Source of the DNA: an uncultured Solirubrobacterales bacterium
Lineage (GTDB): Bacteria; Actinomycetota; Thermoleophilia; Solirubrobacterales; JACPNS01
Assembly: GCA_937128795.1 (NCBI GenBank)
Contig: CAKZMQ010000019.1
Coordinates: forward strand, 45,571 to 109,570
DNA length: 64,000 nt
Direction: 5' to 3'
The notes below the pieces were generated by a model that searched no databases, was not told where the DNA came from, and saw only the letters and a program-made list of their open reading frames with translations. Positions 51,998-60,627 of this stretch are shown here, in pieces (the first letter of the stretch is position 1; every line of letters begins with the position of its first letter). A program made the translations under genes and the position numbers.

Positions 51998-52879
51998 ATG
52001 ATCAAGTCGGAGTCCCCCATTCTTGCGCGAGCAGTCGCCGCGACTGTGCTTTGCGCCGTGCTCGCCCTTGCGCTGTTTGCCGCTGACCGCGGCAGGGCGG
52101 CCAATCGTGTGGCAGCTGGCGAAGTTGACGCCGCGAGCCTCGTGCCGCGCAATCCTGCCGTGTCCCAGGCCGCAGACTGGAATCTGATTTTCCACGACGA
52201 ATTCAACGGTTCATTCCTGAACACGAGAAAATGGTCACGTCTGCGGGGAGATCGACACAAGTACGGCTCGCCTTTCAATCGTTCACTCGAATCTGCCGCG
52301 TACTCGATTCGAAACGTGACGCAGAACCGCGGAAGCGCTGTGCTCACGCTCAAACGTCGTCCGGCAAAGGGCTACCGGCGTTTTCCGTACAGCTCGGGGA
52401 TGATCCAGAGCGGTCCCAAGTTTGCATTTCGCTACGGCTACGTTGAAGCTCGTGTGAAGGTGCCGCGCTGTTCCGGGTGCTGGCCGGCGTTCTGGCTACT
52501 CGAAGATCCGCCGGACAGCTCGTGGCCGCCGGAAATCGACGTGTTCGAGTTCTTCGACACCGCCAAGGAGAAGCGTCCGCATTTCAATTTCCATTGGAAG
52601 CAGGGCAGCAGGCGCCGTCAGACCGGCATCAAGCCCTACGGTGAACCACGTCGCTCCTACGTCGGCTCTTGGCACACTTACGCGATGCTCTGGACGCCAG
52701 AGACGATCCAAGTATTCATCGACAACCAGCCCGGCCCCACCTACAACAACGCCGCGCGAATCCCGCACAAAGCGAGCTACTTGATCTTCAACCTAGCTCT
52801 GCAGCGAGGCAACAGGCCGCGAAGCGGACGAAAGATGCTGATCGACTTCGTGCGCGTCTGGCAGCCGGCCACCGGCTGA
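51998..52879 (+). CDS. Glycoside hydrolase family 16 (beta-glucanase-like), signal-anchored
   Basis: ATG 51998. N-terminal ILARAVAATVLCAVLALALFAA. DEFNG, SGMIQSG, GYVEARVKVP, WPAFWLL, catalytic E-I-D-V-F-E at 52532-52549. Confidence 0.8.
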   Translation: MIKSESPILARAVAATVLCAVLALALFAADRGRAANRVAAGEVDAASLVPRNPAVSQAADWNLIFHDEFNGSFLNTRKWSRLRGDRHKYGSPFNRSLESAAYSIRNVTQNRGSAVLTLKRRPAKGYRRFPYSSGMIQSGPKFAFRYGYVEARVKVPRCSGCWPAFWLLEDPPDSSWPPEIDVFEFFDTAKEKRPHFNFHWKQGSRRRQTGIKPYGEPRRSYVGSWHTYAMLWTPETIQVFIDNQPGPTYNNAARIPHKASYLIFNLALQRGNRPRSGRKMLIDFVRVWQPATG

Positions 52880-52885
52880 ACCCGT

Positions 52886-54052
52886 TCATTCGCGTTCGAT
52901 CGCCGGAAACTCCCCCGTTGCCAGCTGCTCGGCGACGTCGGCATCCACCTGATCCTCGGTGATGGCCCCCTTGCGGCGCAGCCGTCGTCCGCTGAAGCGA
53001 CGCAGCTTGAGGATCTCAAGCACGACGACGAGATAGAAACTCGCCGCGAGCACCACCAGTCCGAGGCCCACCAGTACCAGCGTCCAACCGGTGTCGAGGT
53101 TGCCATGGCCGTCTGAATACGGGATGAACCGCAGCGCGAGGGCGAGGGCCGCCAGACAGAGCGTCCACGCGTAGAGATAGAGCACGGTTCTTCGCTGCGA
53201 GAAACCGATGTTCACGAAGCGGTGATGAAAATGCCAACGGTCTGCGGCATAGATCGGTTTGCCGTACTTCAGTCGCTTGGCCACCACGAAACCGGTGTCG
53301 AGGATCGGCACCGCGAGAATCACCAGCGGGAAAAACAGCGCGACGGCGGCGGCCGTCTTCAGCACGCCCTGAATCGCGATACAGGCGAGCAGATAGCCGA
53401 GCAGGTTCGATCCAGCGTCGCCCATGAAGATCGTCGCCGGATGGAAGTTGTGAAAGAGAAACCCGAGCGACGCCCCGGCTGTGCATGCGGCGAGGATGCC
53501 CGCCGAGTAGCGGTTGAGCGACAGCGCGATCGCGGCAAACGTTGCAGCACCGATGAAACATACGCCGGCCGCCAGGCCGTCGGCACCGTCGGTGAGATTC
53601 ACAACGTTGATGACCGCGACAATGCCGAGCATCGTCAGCGGTTCTGCCAGCTCACCGAGGTCGACTGGAGCGATGAACGGCAGTGTGAAGTTCTGAACGA
53701 CAACGCCGCTCATCACCGGCACGGCCGATCCGAGGAACTGCCCGACCAGTTTGGCGAACGGCGAAAGATTGAAGATGTCGTCCATCGCACCAACGAAAAC
53801 GATGATCAGGGCGCCGAGAATGATCCCTTCGGTCTCGCCCGTATCCGGCATGAAAAAGAGACTCGACACCAGCAGCCCGGCAAGAATTGCGAGCCCGCCG
53901 AGGCTCGGCATGTCTTGGTCGTGCAACGAGCGGTCTTCGACTTCCGCAACCGCCCCCACGCGGACGGCGAATCGAGCCGCCAGCGGCGTCAGGGCAAACG
54001 AGACGGCTGTGGCTACGGCGAAGCCAGCAAGTGCTTGAAGTTCAGATGACAA
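52886..54052 (-). CDS. wecA: Polyprenyl-phosphate GlcNAc-1-phosphate transferase (WecA/Rfe, MraY-family GT4)
   Basis: GAMDDIFNLSP, NVVNLTDGADGLA, IFMGDAGSNLLGY motifs. The stop is firm. The start is uncertain: the maximal ORF reaches 54214, but that ATG lies 6 nt from the divergent gene's ATG. TTG 54052, just before the first TM, is my preferred guess. Confidence 0.8.
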   Translation of the reverse strand: MSSELQALAGFAVATAVSFALTPLAARFAVRVGAVAEVEDRSLHDQDMPSLGGLAILAGLLVSSLFFMPDTGETEGIILGALIIVFVGAMDDIFNLSPFAKLVGQFLGSAVPVMSGVVVQNFTLPFIAPVDLGELAEPLTMLGIVAVINVVNLTDGADGLAAGVCFIGAATFAAIALSLNRYSAGILAACTAGASLGFLFHNFHPATIFMGDAGSNLLGYLLACIAIQGVLKTAAAVALFFPLVILAVPILDTGFVVAKRLKYGKPIYAADRWHFHHRFVNIGFSQRRTVLYLYAWTLCLAALALALRFIPYSDGHGNLDTGWTLVLVGLGLVVLAASFYLVVVLEILKLRRFSGRRLRRKGAITEDQVDADVAEQLATGEFPAIERE

Positions 54053-54219
54053 GGGCGCTCGCGGCAAATCATGGCGCAAAGCTCGGAGAGCGTCTGCGGA
54101 TAGCCCAGAAAAAGCGCAACCCTGCCAACATTTACCTGTTTTTGAGTGGCAACTCGGCGTCGGTTCCCTTACCTTTATTGTGCCTTGCCTTGAAGGTGGC
54201 TTGTTTACCGGCATTCAGG

Positions 54220-57200
54220 ATGAATTCCGCGATTTCCCCTACGACAAAACTCGGGCTCATGAGGAGCGTCTTCTTGACCGCGATCTTCGCGGCGCTGTTG
54301 CTTGCCGCGACGGCACCGGCCGCGATGGCCGATCCGCCGGCGGTTTCGGTCACTTCGCCGACCGCATTTGCGTCGATCAACAGCGCTGATGTGACGGTCG
54401 CGTTCGACGCTTCCGGCGACGCGCCATTGACCATCGAATGCGCACTCGACGGCGGTACACCGGTTGCCTGTGCGGACGAGATCGCCTACACCGGGTTGAG
54501 CGAGGGCACGCACACTGTGGAAGTTTCGGCCACCGACGAGCTGCTGAACTCGGCGATGGCGTCCGTGACGTTCACCGTGGATTTGACTCCGCCGACGATC
54601 GCACTGAGTTCTCCGGTCGCCGGCGCGACGAACGACGACACGCCGACGGTCGCCGGAACAACCGACGTGCCTGACGGCAGTTCTGTGGAAGTCACCGAGG
54701 GCGCGAACCCGGTCTGCACCGCGACGGTCGCCTCCGGCGCCTTCACGTGCGACGCCGCTGCGCTCGGCGAGGGCACGTTCACGCTGTTGGCAACTGTCAG
54801 TGACGCCGCTACCAACTCCGCGTCGGACACCGTGACGATCGACGTCGACCTGACCGCTCCGGTGGTCGACTTCGACACGCCTGCAGGCGGCTCTTGGAGC
54901 CAGAGCGACTCAGTCGCCACGACCTTCAGCGTGATCGAAGTCAACGTCGCCAGCGTCGAATGCCGGGCCGACTCCGATGCTGCGGTGCCGTGTGGTTCGG
55001 AGACCGACTTCACGTTCGCTGGGCTCGCCGATGGCGCTCGGGTGTTGAAGGTGCTTGTGATCGACGCGGCCGGCAACTCCGACGAGGCATCGATCACGGT
55101 GAACGTCGACACGATCGATCCTGCGTTGACGGTGACCGCGCCGACGGGCGGCGAGTGGATCACGTCGGGCACAGTCGATCTTGAGTTTTCTGCGACCGAC
55201 GCGAACGCGCTCGAGTTCAGCTGTCAGCTCGACGCCGAGAGCCCGGTCGCCTGCACCAGCGCCACATCGCACAGCTTCACCGACGTTGCCGACGGCAACG
55301 ACCGCACGGTGACCGTCACTGCAACTGACGCCTCTGGCCGCAGCGACACCGAGACGATCGCCTTCCAGGTGGACAAGACCGCGCCGGTGGTCAGCTTCAC
55401 TTCTCCGGCAGACAACTCGTGGAGCCAGAGCAACTCTGTCGACACAACTTTCACGGTCACCGAGGCGAACGTCGCCAGCGTCACATGCCAGGTTGATTCG
55501 GACGCCGCAGTGCCGTGTGGGTCGGAGACCGGCTTCACGTTCGCTGGACTCGACGAAGGTGCTCGGGTCTTGAAGGTCTTGGTGACCGACCAGGCCGGCA
55601 ACTTCGATGAGGCGTCGCTCACCGTGAACGTCGACACGATCGACCCGGCTCTGACGATCACCTCTCCGCTTGCCGGTGCCTGGCTTGATTCGGGCAGCGT
55701 CGACGTGAGTTTCTCCGCAACCGACGCGAACTCGCTCAGTTTGACTTGCGAGATCACCGGCCAGAGCGCGGTGCCGTGCGACTCCGGTGCTGACCACACT
55801 TTCAGCGGCGTGGCTGACGGCTCGCGGACGATCAGCGTCACGGCGACCGATCCTTCGGGTCGCAGCGTGACTGAGAGCGTCGTCGTGAACGTCGACCAGA
55901 CCGATCCAGTCGTTGCGTTCACCTCGCCGAGCGACAACTCCTGGAGCCAGAGCGATTCCGTTGCCACGACTTTCACCGTAACCGAAGCCAACGTCGCCAG
56001 CGTGACCTGCCAAGTCGATTCAGACGCGGCAGTGCCGTGTGGGTCGGAGACCGGCTTCACGTTCGCCGGGCTCGCCGACGGCGCACGTGAATTGACGGTG
56101 CTCGTATCCGACCAGGCGGGCAACAGCGCAGAGGCAACGCGCATCGTGAACGTCGACACGATCGACCCATTGCTTTCGATCAGCTCGCCGCTCGCAGGTG
56201 CCTGGATCGACTCGAACAGCGTGAGTGTGAGCTTTTCAGCCACCGACGCCAACTCGCTGACTTTGACCTGCGAGATCAGCGGGCAGACTGCAGTTGCATG
56301 TGATTCCGGCTCTTCGCACACCATCACCGGCGTGACCGACGGTTCGCGAACGATCACCGTGACGGCAACTGATGTCTCGGGTCGCAGCGTGACTGAGAGC
56401 GTCGTCGTGAACGTCGACCAGACCGATCCGGTTGTGGCGTTCGCCTCGCCCGCCGACAACTCGTGGAGCCAGAGTTCGTCGGTCGCGACAACATTCGGCG
56501 TGACCGAGGCCAATGTCGCCAGCGTCGAATGCCAGGTCGATTCGGCGTCGCCGGTTTCCTGCGACTCGCAAACAGGATTCACTTTCGCAGGTCTTGCCGA
56601 GGGTGATCGGGTCCTGAAGGTCTTGGTCACCGACCTGGCTGGCAACTCAGCCGAGGCAACACGGACGGTGAGAATCGACACGATCGATCCTGCGTTGTCG
56701 ATCAGCTCCCCGCTTGCCGGCGCCTGGCTTGACTCGGGCAGCGTGCCAGTGAGTTTCTCTGCCAGCGACACGAACCCGCTGACATTGGCCTGCGAGATCA
56801 CCGACCAGAGCGCGGTGCCATGCGAGGCCGGATCGTCACACACTTTCCTCGGCGTGACTGACGGTGCGCGAACGATCACCGTGACTGCGACCGATCCTTC
56901 GGGTCGCAGCGTCACCGAGAACGTCGTAGTTAACGTCGACCAGACTGATCCGATCGTCGCCTTCGATTCGCCGGCCCACAACTCCTGGAGCCAGAGCGAT
57001 TCGGTCGCCGCGACTTTCACGGTGGATGAGGCCAACGTCGCAAGTGTCGAATGCCAGGTCGATTCTGATGGCGCTGTGCCATGTGGCTCTGAGACCGAAT
57101 TCACGTTCAGCGGCCTCGCGGACGGCGCTCGGGTGTTGAAGGTGCTTGTGATCGACGCGGCCGGCAACTCCGACGAGGCATCGATCACGGTGAACGTCGA

Positions 57201-60200
57201 CACGATCGATCCTGCGTTGACGGTGACCGCGCCGACGGGCGGCGAGTGGATCACGTCGGGCACAGTCGATCTTGAGTTTTCTGCGACCGACGCGAACGCG
57301 CTCGAGTTCAGCTGTCAGCTCGACGCCGAGAGCCCGGTCGCCTGCACCAGCGCCACATCGCACAGCTTCACCGACGTTGCCGACGGCAACGACCGCACGG
57401 TGACCGTCACTGCAACTGACGCCTCTGGCCGCAGCGACACCGAGACGATCGCCTTCCAGGTGGACAAGACCGCGCCGGTGGTCAGCTTCACTTCTCCGGC
57501 AGACAACTCGTGGAGCCAGAGCAACTCTGTCGACACAACTTTCACGGTCACCGAGGCGAACGTCGCCAGCGTCACATGCCAGGTTGATTCGGACGCCGCA
57601 GTGCCGTGTGGGTCGGAGACCGGCTTCACGTTCGCTGGACTCGACGAAGGTGCTCGGGTCTTGAAGGTCTTGGTGACCGACCAGGCCGGCAACTTCGATG
57701 AGGCGTCGCTCACCGTGAACGTCGACACGATCGACCCGGCTCTGACGATCACCTCTCCGCTTGCCGGTGCCTGGCTTGATTCGGGCAGCGTCGACGTGAG
57801 TTTCTCCGCAACCGACGCGAACTCGCTCAGTTTGACTTGCGAGATCACCGGCCAGAGCGCGGTGCCGTGCGACTCCGGTGCTGACCACACTTTCAGCGGC
57901 GTGGCTGACGGCTCGCGGACGATCAGCGTCACGGCGACCGACCCTTCCGGTCGCAGCGTGACCGAAAACGTCGCCGTGAACGTCGACCAGACCGATCCGG
58001 TTGTTGCGTTCACCTCGCCCGCCAACAACTCCTGGAGCCAGAGCGCCTCCGTCGATTCGACCTTCACTGTCACCGAAGCCAACGTCGCCAGTGTGGAGTG
58101 CCAGGTCGACTCGGACGCCGCTGAGCCGTGTGGTTCAGAAACTGAATTCACGTTCAACGTCCTCGCCGACGGCGCGCGCGTGTTGAAGGTGCTCGTGACC
58201 GACCAGGCCGGCAACTCGGCTGAAGTGTCGCTGACGGTGAACGTTGACACGATCGACCCAGTTCTGTCAATCAGCTCGCCGGCCGCCGGAGCCTGGCTTG
58301 ATTCGAGCAGCGTCGGCGTGAGCTTCTCCGCAACCGACGCGAACTCGCTCAGTTTGACTTGCCAGATCTCCGGCCAGAGTGCGCTGCCGTGCGACTCCGG
58401 TTCTGGCCACACCTTCACCGGTGTCGGCGATGGCTCGCGGACGATCACCGTGACGGCGACCGATCCTTCTGGGCGCAGCGTGACCGACAGCGTCGCGGTG
58501 AGCGTCGACAACTCGGAGCCAGAGGTTGCGTTTACCTCGCCCGCCAACAATTCATGGAGCCAGAGCGCATCCGTCACCACGACTTTCGCCGTGACCGAGG
58601 TCAACGTCTCCAGCGTCACCTGCCAAGTGGATTCGGCGACACCGATCGCATGCGGTTCGCAGACTGGATTCACGTTTACCGATCTGGCTGACGGATCGCG
58701 AACCTTGAAGGTTTCGGTGACTGACGAAGCCGGCAACTCCACGCAGGCAACGCGGACGGTGCGAGTCGACACGATTGATCCAACTCTCTCGATCACCAGT
58801 CCGACTGATGGTTTCTTCGCCGACGACACGACCACGGCGACTGCGTTCACCGCAGCGGACACAAACGGAGTCACCACGTCTTGCAAGCTCGACGATGGCG
58901 CGTTCGCCGCATGCACGAGTCCTGCCAGCCAAACCGGTCTGTCGCAAGGCAATCACACGGTGACTGTCCGCGCCACCGATCCATCGGGCCGGTCCATTGA
59001 GGACGACGTCACCTTCACCGTGGACACAGTCGACCCAGCAGTCGCGATTTCGTACCCACACGACGACGACCATGAATACGTCAACAACGAAACGAACCCC
59101 GACGCCCTATACAGCGCGACCGACGTGAACATTGATCAGATCGTTTGCAAGATCAACGACGTGGAAGTCGACGACAACTGCAGCCCCTCGAGTTTTGACA
59201 TCTCGACCTTGCCCGATGGTCAGCACACGTTCAGGGTCGAAGCCACCGACCGCGCCGGAAATCACTTCGGCGTGGAGTCCACCTTCGTTGTCGACACGAT
59301 CGACCCGACGGTTGCGATCAGCTCACCGGTCGCGGGCAGCTTCATCGCCCAGAAGAGCATCAGCAAAGCTTTCACCACCGACGACACGCATCCGGACTCG
59401 GTGGACTGTCGCCTCGATGGCGGTGCATACGAACCGTGCACGAATCCGCGTACATATGGCGGCCTCGGCGAAGGCGCGCACACTGCGTTCGTTCGTGCCC
59501 GCGACCTCGCCGGAAACGAGACGGTCCGAAGCGTTCAATTCGTGATCGACACGATCAAACCGGCGGTATCGATCGGTTCGCCGGCGAATGGTCAGACTTT
59601 GTTCGGCTCGTCGGTTGGCGTGACCTTCGGAGCGGCCGACGCAACTGCGGTGCGCTACGAATGCAGCGCAAACGACGGCGCGTTCGTGCCCTGCGTAAGC
59701 CCCTTCTCGATCAGCGGGCTCGACGACGGCGTGCACACATCGACAGTTCGCGCGATCGACCAAGCCGGCAACAGCAGCGCAAACGGCGTGCAGTTCGCGG
59801 TCGATTTGACGTCACCGGACACCGCCGAAAAGTTTGGCGTCGCCAAACCGAAGGGCCGGACTCCGCGCAAGCTGACCAGGCGGAGCAAGTTGATCTTCCG
59901 CGACGAGTTCAGTGGCAATGCGCTGAACCGTCGAAAGTGGTCGAATCTACGCGGGACCCTGAAGTTTCCGTACACATCCGCATATAACGCCAAAAAGGAA
60001 TCTGCGAGCTACGCACGCGAAAACGCGAACGTGCAGAACGGCAAAGCGGTGCTCACGCTCAAGCGCAAGCCGTCGAGCACGGACCGGAGAAATCCCTACA
60101 CCTCCGGCATGATCCACAGCGGCAATCACTTCAGCTTCCGCCACGGATACGTGGAGGCACGCGTGAAGGTTCCGTCGTGCAGTGGTTGCTGGCCTGCATT

Positions 60201-60576
60201 CTGGATGCTGAACGCTCCAGTCGATGAGGAGTGGCCACCCGAGATCGACATCTTTGAGTTCTTCAACACCCGCAAGGACAAGCGTCCGAAGTTCAACGTG
60301 CACTGGAAGGCCGGTAAGCGCAACAGACAGTGGGGATCGAAGAAGTACGGCGCCAAGCGACGCAATTACACGAAGGGTTGGCACACCTACGGTCTCGCCT
60401 GGAACAAACGACGCGCGCAGGTGTTCGTCGACGGTCGCCCCGGTCCGATCTACAAGACCGGCCGCAACCTACCCAAGAAGGCCAACTACCTGATCTTCAA
60501 CCTCGCGCTGCAGAAGGGCTTCAAGCCGCGCGGAGAGAATCGGATGTACATCGATTACGTGCGTGTGTGGAAGTAG
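54220..60576 (+). CDS. Secreted ~2100-aa protein: 22 tandem two-Cys Ig-like modules fused to a C-terminal GH16 glycoside hydrolase domain
   Basis: Signal peptide MRSVFLTAIFAALLLAATAPAAMA (alternative ATG 54259). Eight 522-bp di-module units (..SWSQS..ASV[ET]C..C..DxAGN.. / ..S[CL].C..C..TATDxSGRS..) plus 6 further modules. GH16 domain 59890-60573 with E-I-D-I-F-E at 60241-60258. Confidence 0.85.
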   Translation: MNSAISPTTKLGLMRSVFLTAIFAALLLAATAPAAMADPPAVSVTSPTAFASINSADVTVAFDASGDAPLTIECALDGGTPVACADEIAYTGLSEGTHTVEVSATDELLNSAMASVTFTVDLTPPTIALSSPVAGATNDDTPTVAGTTDVPDGSSVEVTEGANPVCTATVASGAFTCDAAALGEGTFTLLATVSDAATNSASDTVTIDVDLTAPVVDFDTPAGGSWSQSDSVATTFSVIEVNVASVECRADSDAAVPCGSETDFTFAGLADGARVLKVLVIDAAGNSDEASITVNVDTIDPALTVTAPTGGEWITSGTVDLEFSATDANALEFSCQLDAESPVACTSATSHSFTDVADGNDRTVTVTATDASGRSDTETIAFQVDKTAPVVSFTSPADNSWSQSNSVDTTFTVTEANVASVTCQVDSDAAVPCGSETGFTFAGLDEGARVLKVLVTDQAGNFDEASLTVNVDTIDPALTITSPLAGAWLDSGSVDVSFSATDANSLSLTCEITGQSAVPCDSGADHTFSGVADGSRTISVTATDPSGRSVTESVVVNVDQTDPVVAFTSPSDNSWSQSDSVATTFTVTEANVASVTCQVDSDAAVPCGSETGFTFAGLADGARELTVLVSDQAGNSAEATRIVNVDTIDPLLSISSPLAGAWIDSNSVSVSFSATDANSLTLTCEISGQTAVACDSGSSHTITGVTDGSRTITVTATDVSGRSVTESVVVNVDQTDPVVAFASPADNSWSQSSSVATTFGVTEANVASVECQVDSASPVSCDSQTGFTFAGLAEGDRVLKVLVTDLAGNSAEATRTVRIDTIDPALSISSPLAGAWLDSGSVPVSFSASDTNPLTLACEITDQSAVPCEAGSSHTFLGVTDGARTITVTATDPSGRSVTENVVVNVDQTDPIVAFDSPAHNSWSQSDSVAATFTVDEANVASVECQVDSDGAVPCGSETEFTFSGLADGARVLKVLVIDAAGNSDEASITVNVDTIDPALTVTAPTGGEWITSGTVDLEFSATDANALEFSCQLDAESPVACTSATSHSFTDVADGNDRTVTVTATDASGRSDTETIAFQVDKTAPVVSFTSPADNSWSQSNSVDTTFTVTEANVASVTCQVDSDAAVPCGSETGFTFAGLDEGARVLKVLVTDQAGNFDEASLTVNVDTIDPALTITSPLAGAWLDSGSVDVSFSATDANSLSLTCEITGQSAVPCDSGADHTFSGVADGSRTISVTATDPSGRSVTENVAVNVDQTDPVVAFTSPANNSWSQSASVDSTFTVTEANVASVECQVDSDAAEPCGSETEFTFNVLADGARVLKVLVTDQAGNSAEVSLTVNVDTIDPVLSISSPAAGAWLDSSSVGVSFSATDANSLSLTCQISGQSALPCDSGSGHTFTGVGDGSRTITVTATDPSGRSVTDSVAVSVDNSEPEVAFTSPANNSWSQSASVTTTFAVTEVNVSSVTCQVDSATPIACGSQTGFTFTDLADGSRTLKVSVTDEAGNSTQATRTVRVDTIDPTLSITSPTDGFFADDTTTATAFTAADTNGVTTSCKLDDGAFAACTSPASQTGLSQGNHTVTVRATDPSGRSIEDDVTFTVDTVDPAVAISYPHDDDHEYVNNETNPDALYSATDVNIDQIVCKINDVEVDDNCSPSSFDISTLPDGQHTFRVEATDRAGNHFGVESTFVVDTIDPTVAISSPVAGSFIAQKSISKAFTTDDTHPDSVDCRLDGGAYEPCTNPRTYGGLGEGAHTAFVRARDLAGNETVRSVQFVIDTIKPAVSIGSPANGQTLFGSSVGVTFGAADATAVRYECSANDGAFVPCVSPFSISGLDDGVHTSTVRAIDQAGNSSANGVQFAVDLTSPDTAEKFGVAKPKGRTPRKLTRRSKLIFRDEFSGNALNRRKWSNLRGTLKFPYTSAYNAKKESASYARENANVQNGKAVLTLKRKPSSTDRRNPYTSGMIHSGNHFSFRHGYVEARVKVPSCSGCWPAFWMLNAPVDEEWPPEIDIFEFFNTRKDKRPKFNVHWKAGKRNRQWGSKKYGAKRRNYTKGWHTYGLAWNKRRAQVFVDGRPGPIYKTGRNLPKKANYLIFNLALQKGFKPRGENRMYIDYVRVWK
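55033..55850 (+). repeat. 818-bp perfect in-frame direct repeat, copy 1
   Basis: Line-by-line comparison shows identity with 57124-57941. The encoded peptide (GARVLKVLVIDAAGNSDEAS...SVTATD) is identical in the ORF track. Confidence 0.9.
57124..57941 (+). repeat. 818-bp perfect in-frame direct repeat, copy 2 (offset 2091 bp = 697 codons)
   Basis: Identical to 55033-55850. First mismatches are at 55032/57123 and 55851/57942. Flanks continue at lower identity. Confidence 0.9.
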
Positions 60577-60589
60577 CGCGGCCTGAGGT

Positions 60590-60608
60590 GGTCCGCGCAC
60601 CGCGGACC
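60590..60608. terminator. GC hairpin between convergent genes (candidate bidirectional terminator)
   Basis: GGTCCGCG-cac-CGCGGACC (8-bp stem), between the stop at 60576 (+) and the glyA stop at 60628 (-). No clear U-tract. Confidence 0.4.
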
Positions 60609-60627
60609 TTGACCCGACCGGGCGTTG

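Noticed and set aside
53887-54219. Upstream extension of the 2229-aa ORF into wecA.
   Set aside because: The region is Arg-rich and antisense to the 5' end of wecA. The signal peptide begins at 54220/54259.
54486-58952. Very long antisense ORFs (228, 367, 679, 350 and 545 aa) on the minus strand of the Ig-GH16 gene.
   Set aside because: They mirror the sense-strand repeats and consist of Ser/Thr/Val/Ala/Arg runs with no motifs, as expected for stop-poor antisense frames in GC-rich repetitive DNA. The sense frame has a signal peptide, conserved modules and a GH16 domain.
54840-59020. Regular 522-bp periodicity that could superficially suggest a repeat array or CRISPR-like structure.
   Set aside because: The period is far too long, there are no short invariant repeats with unique spacers, and the region is one continuous coding frame of protein modules.
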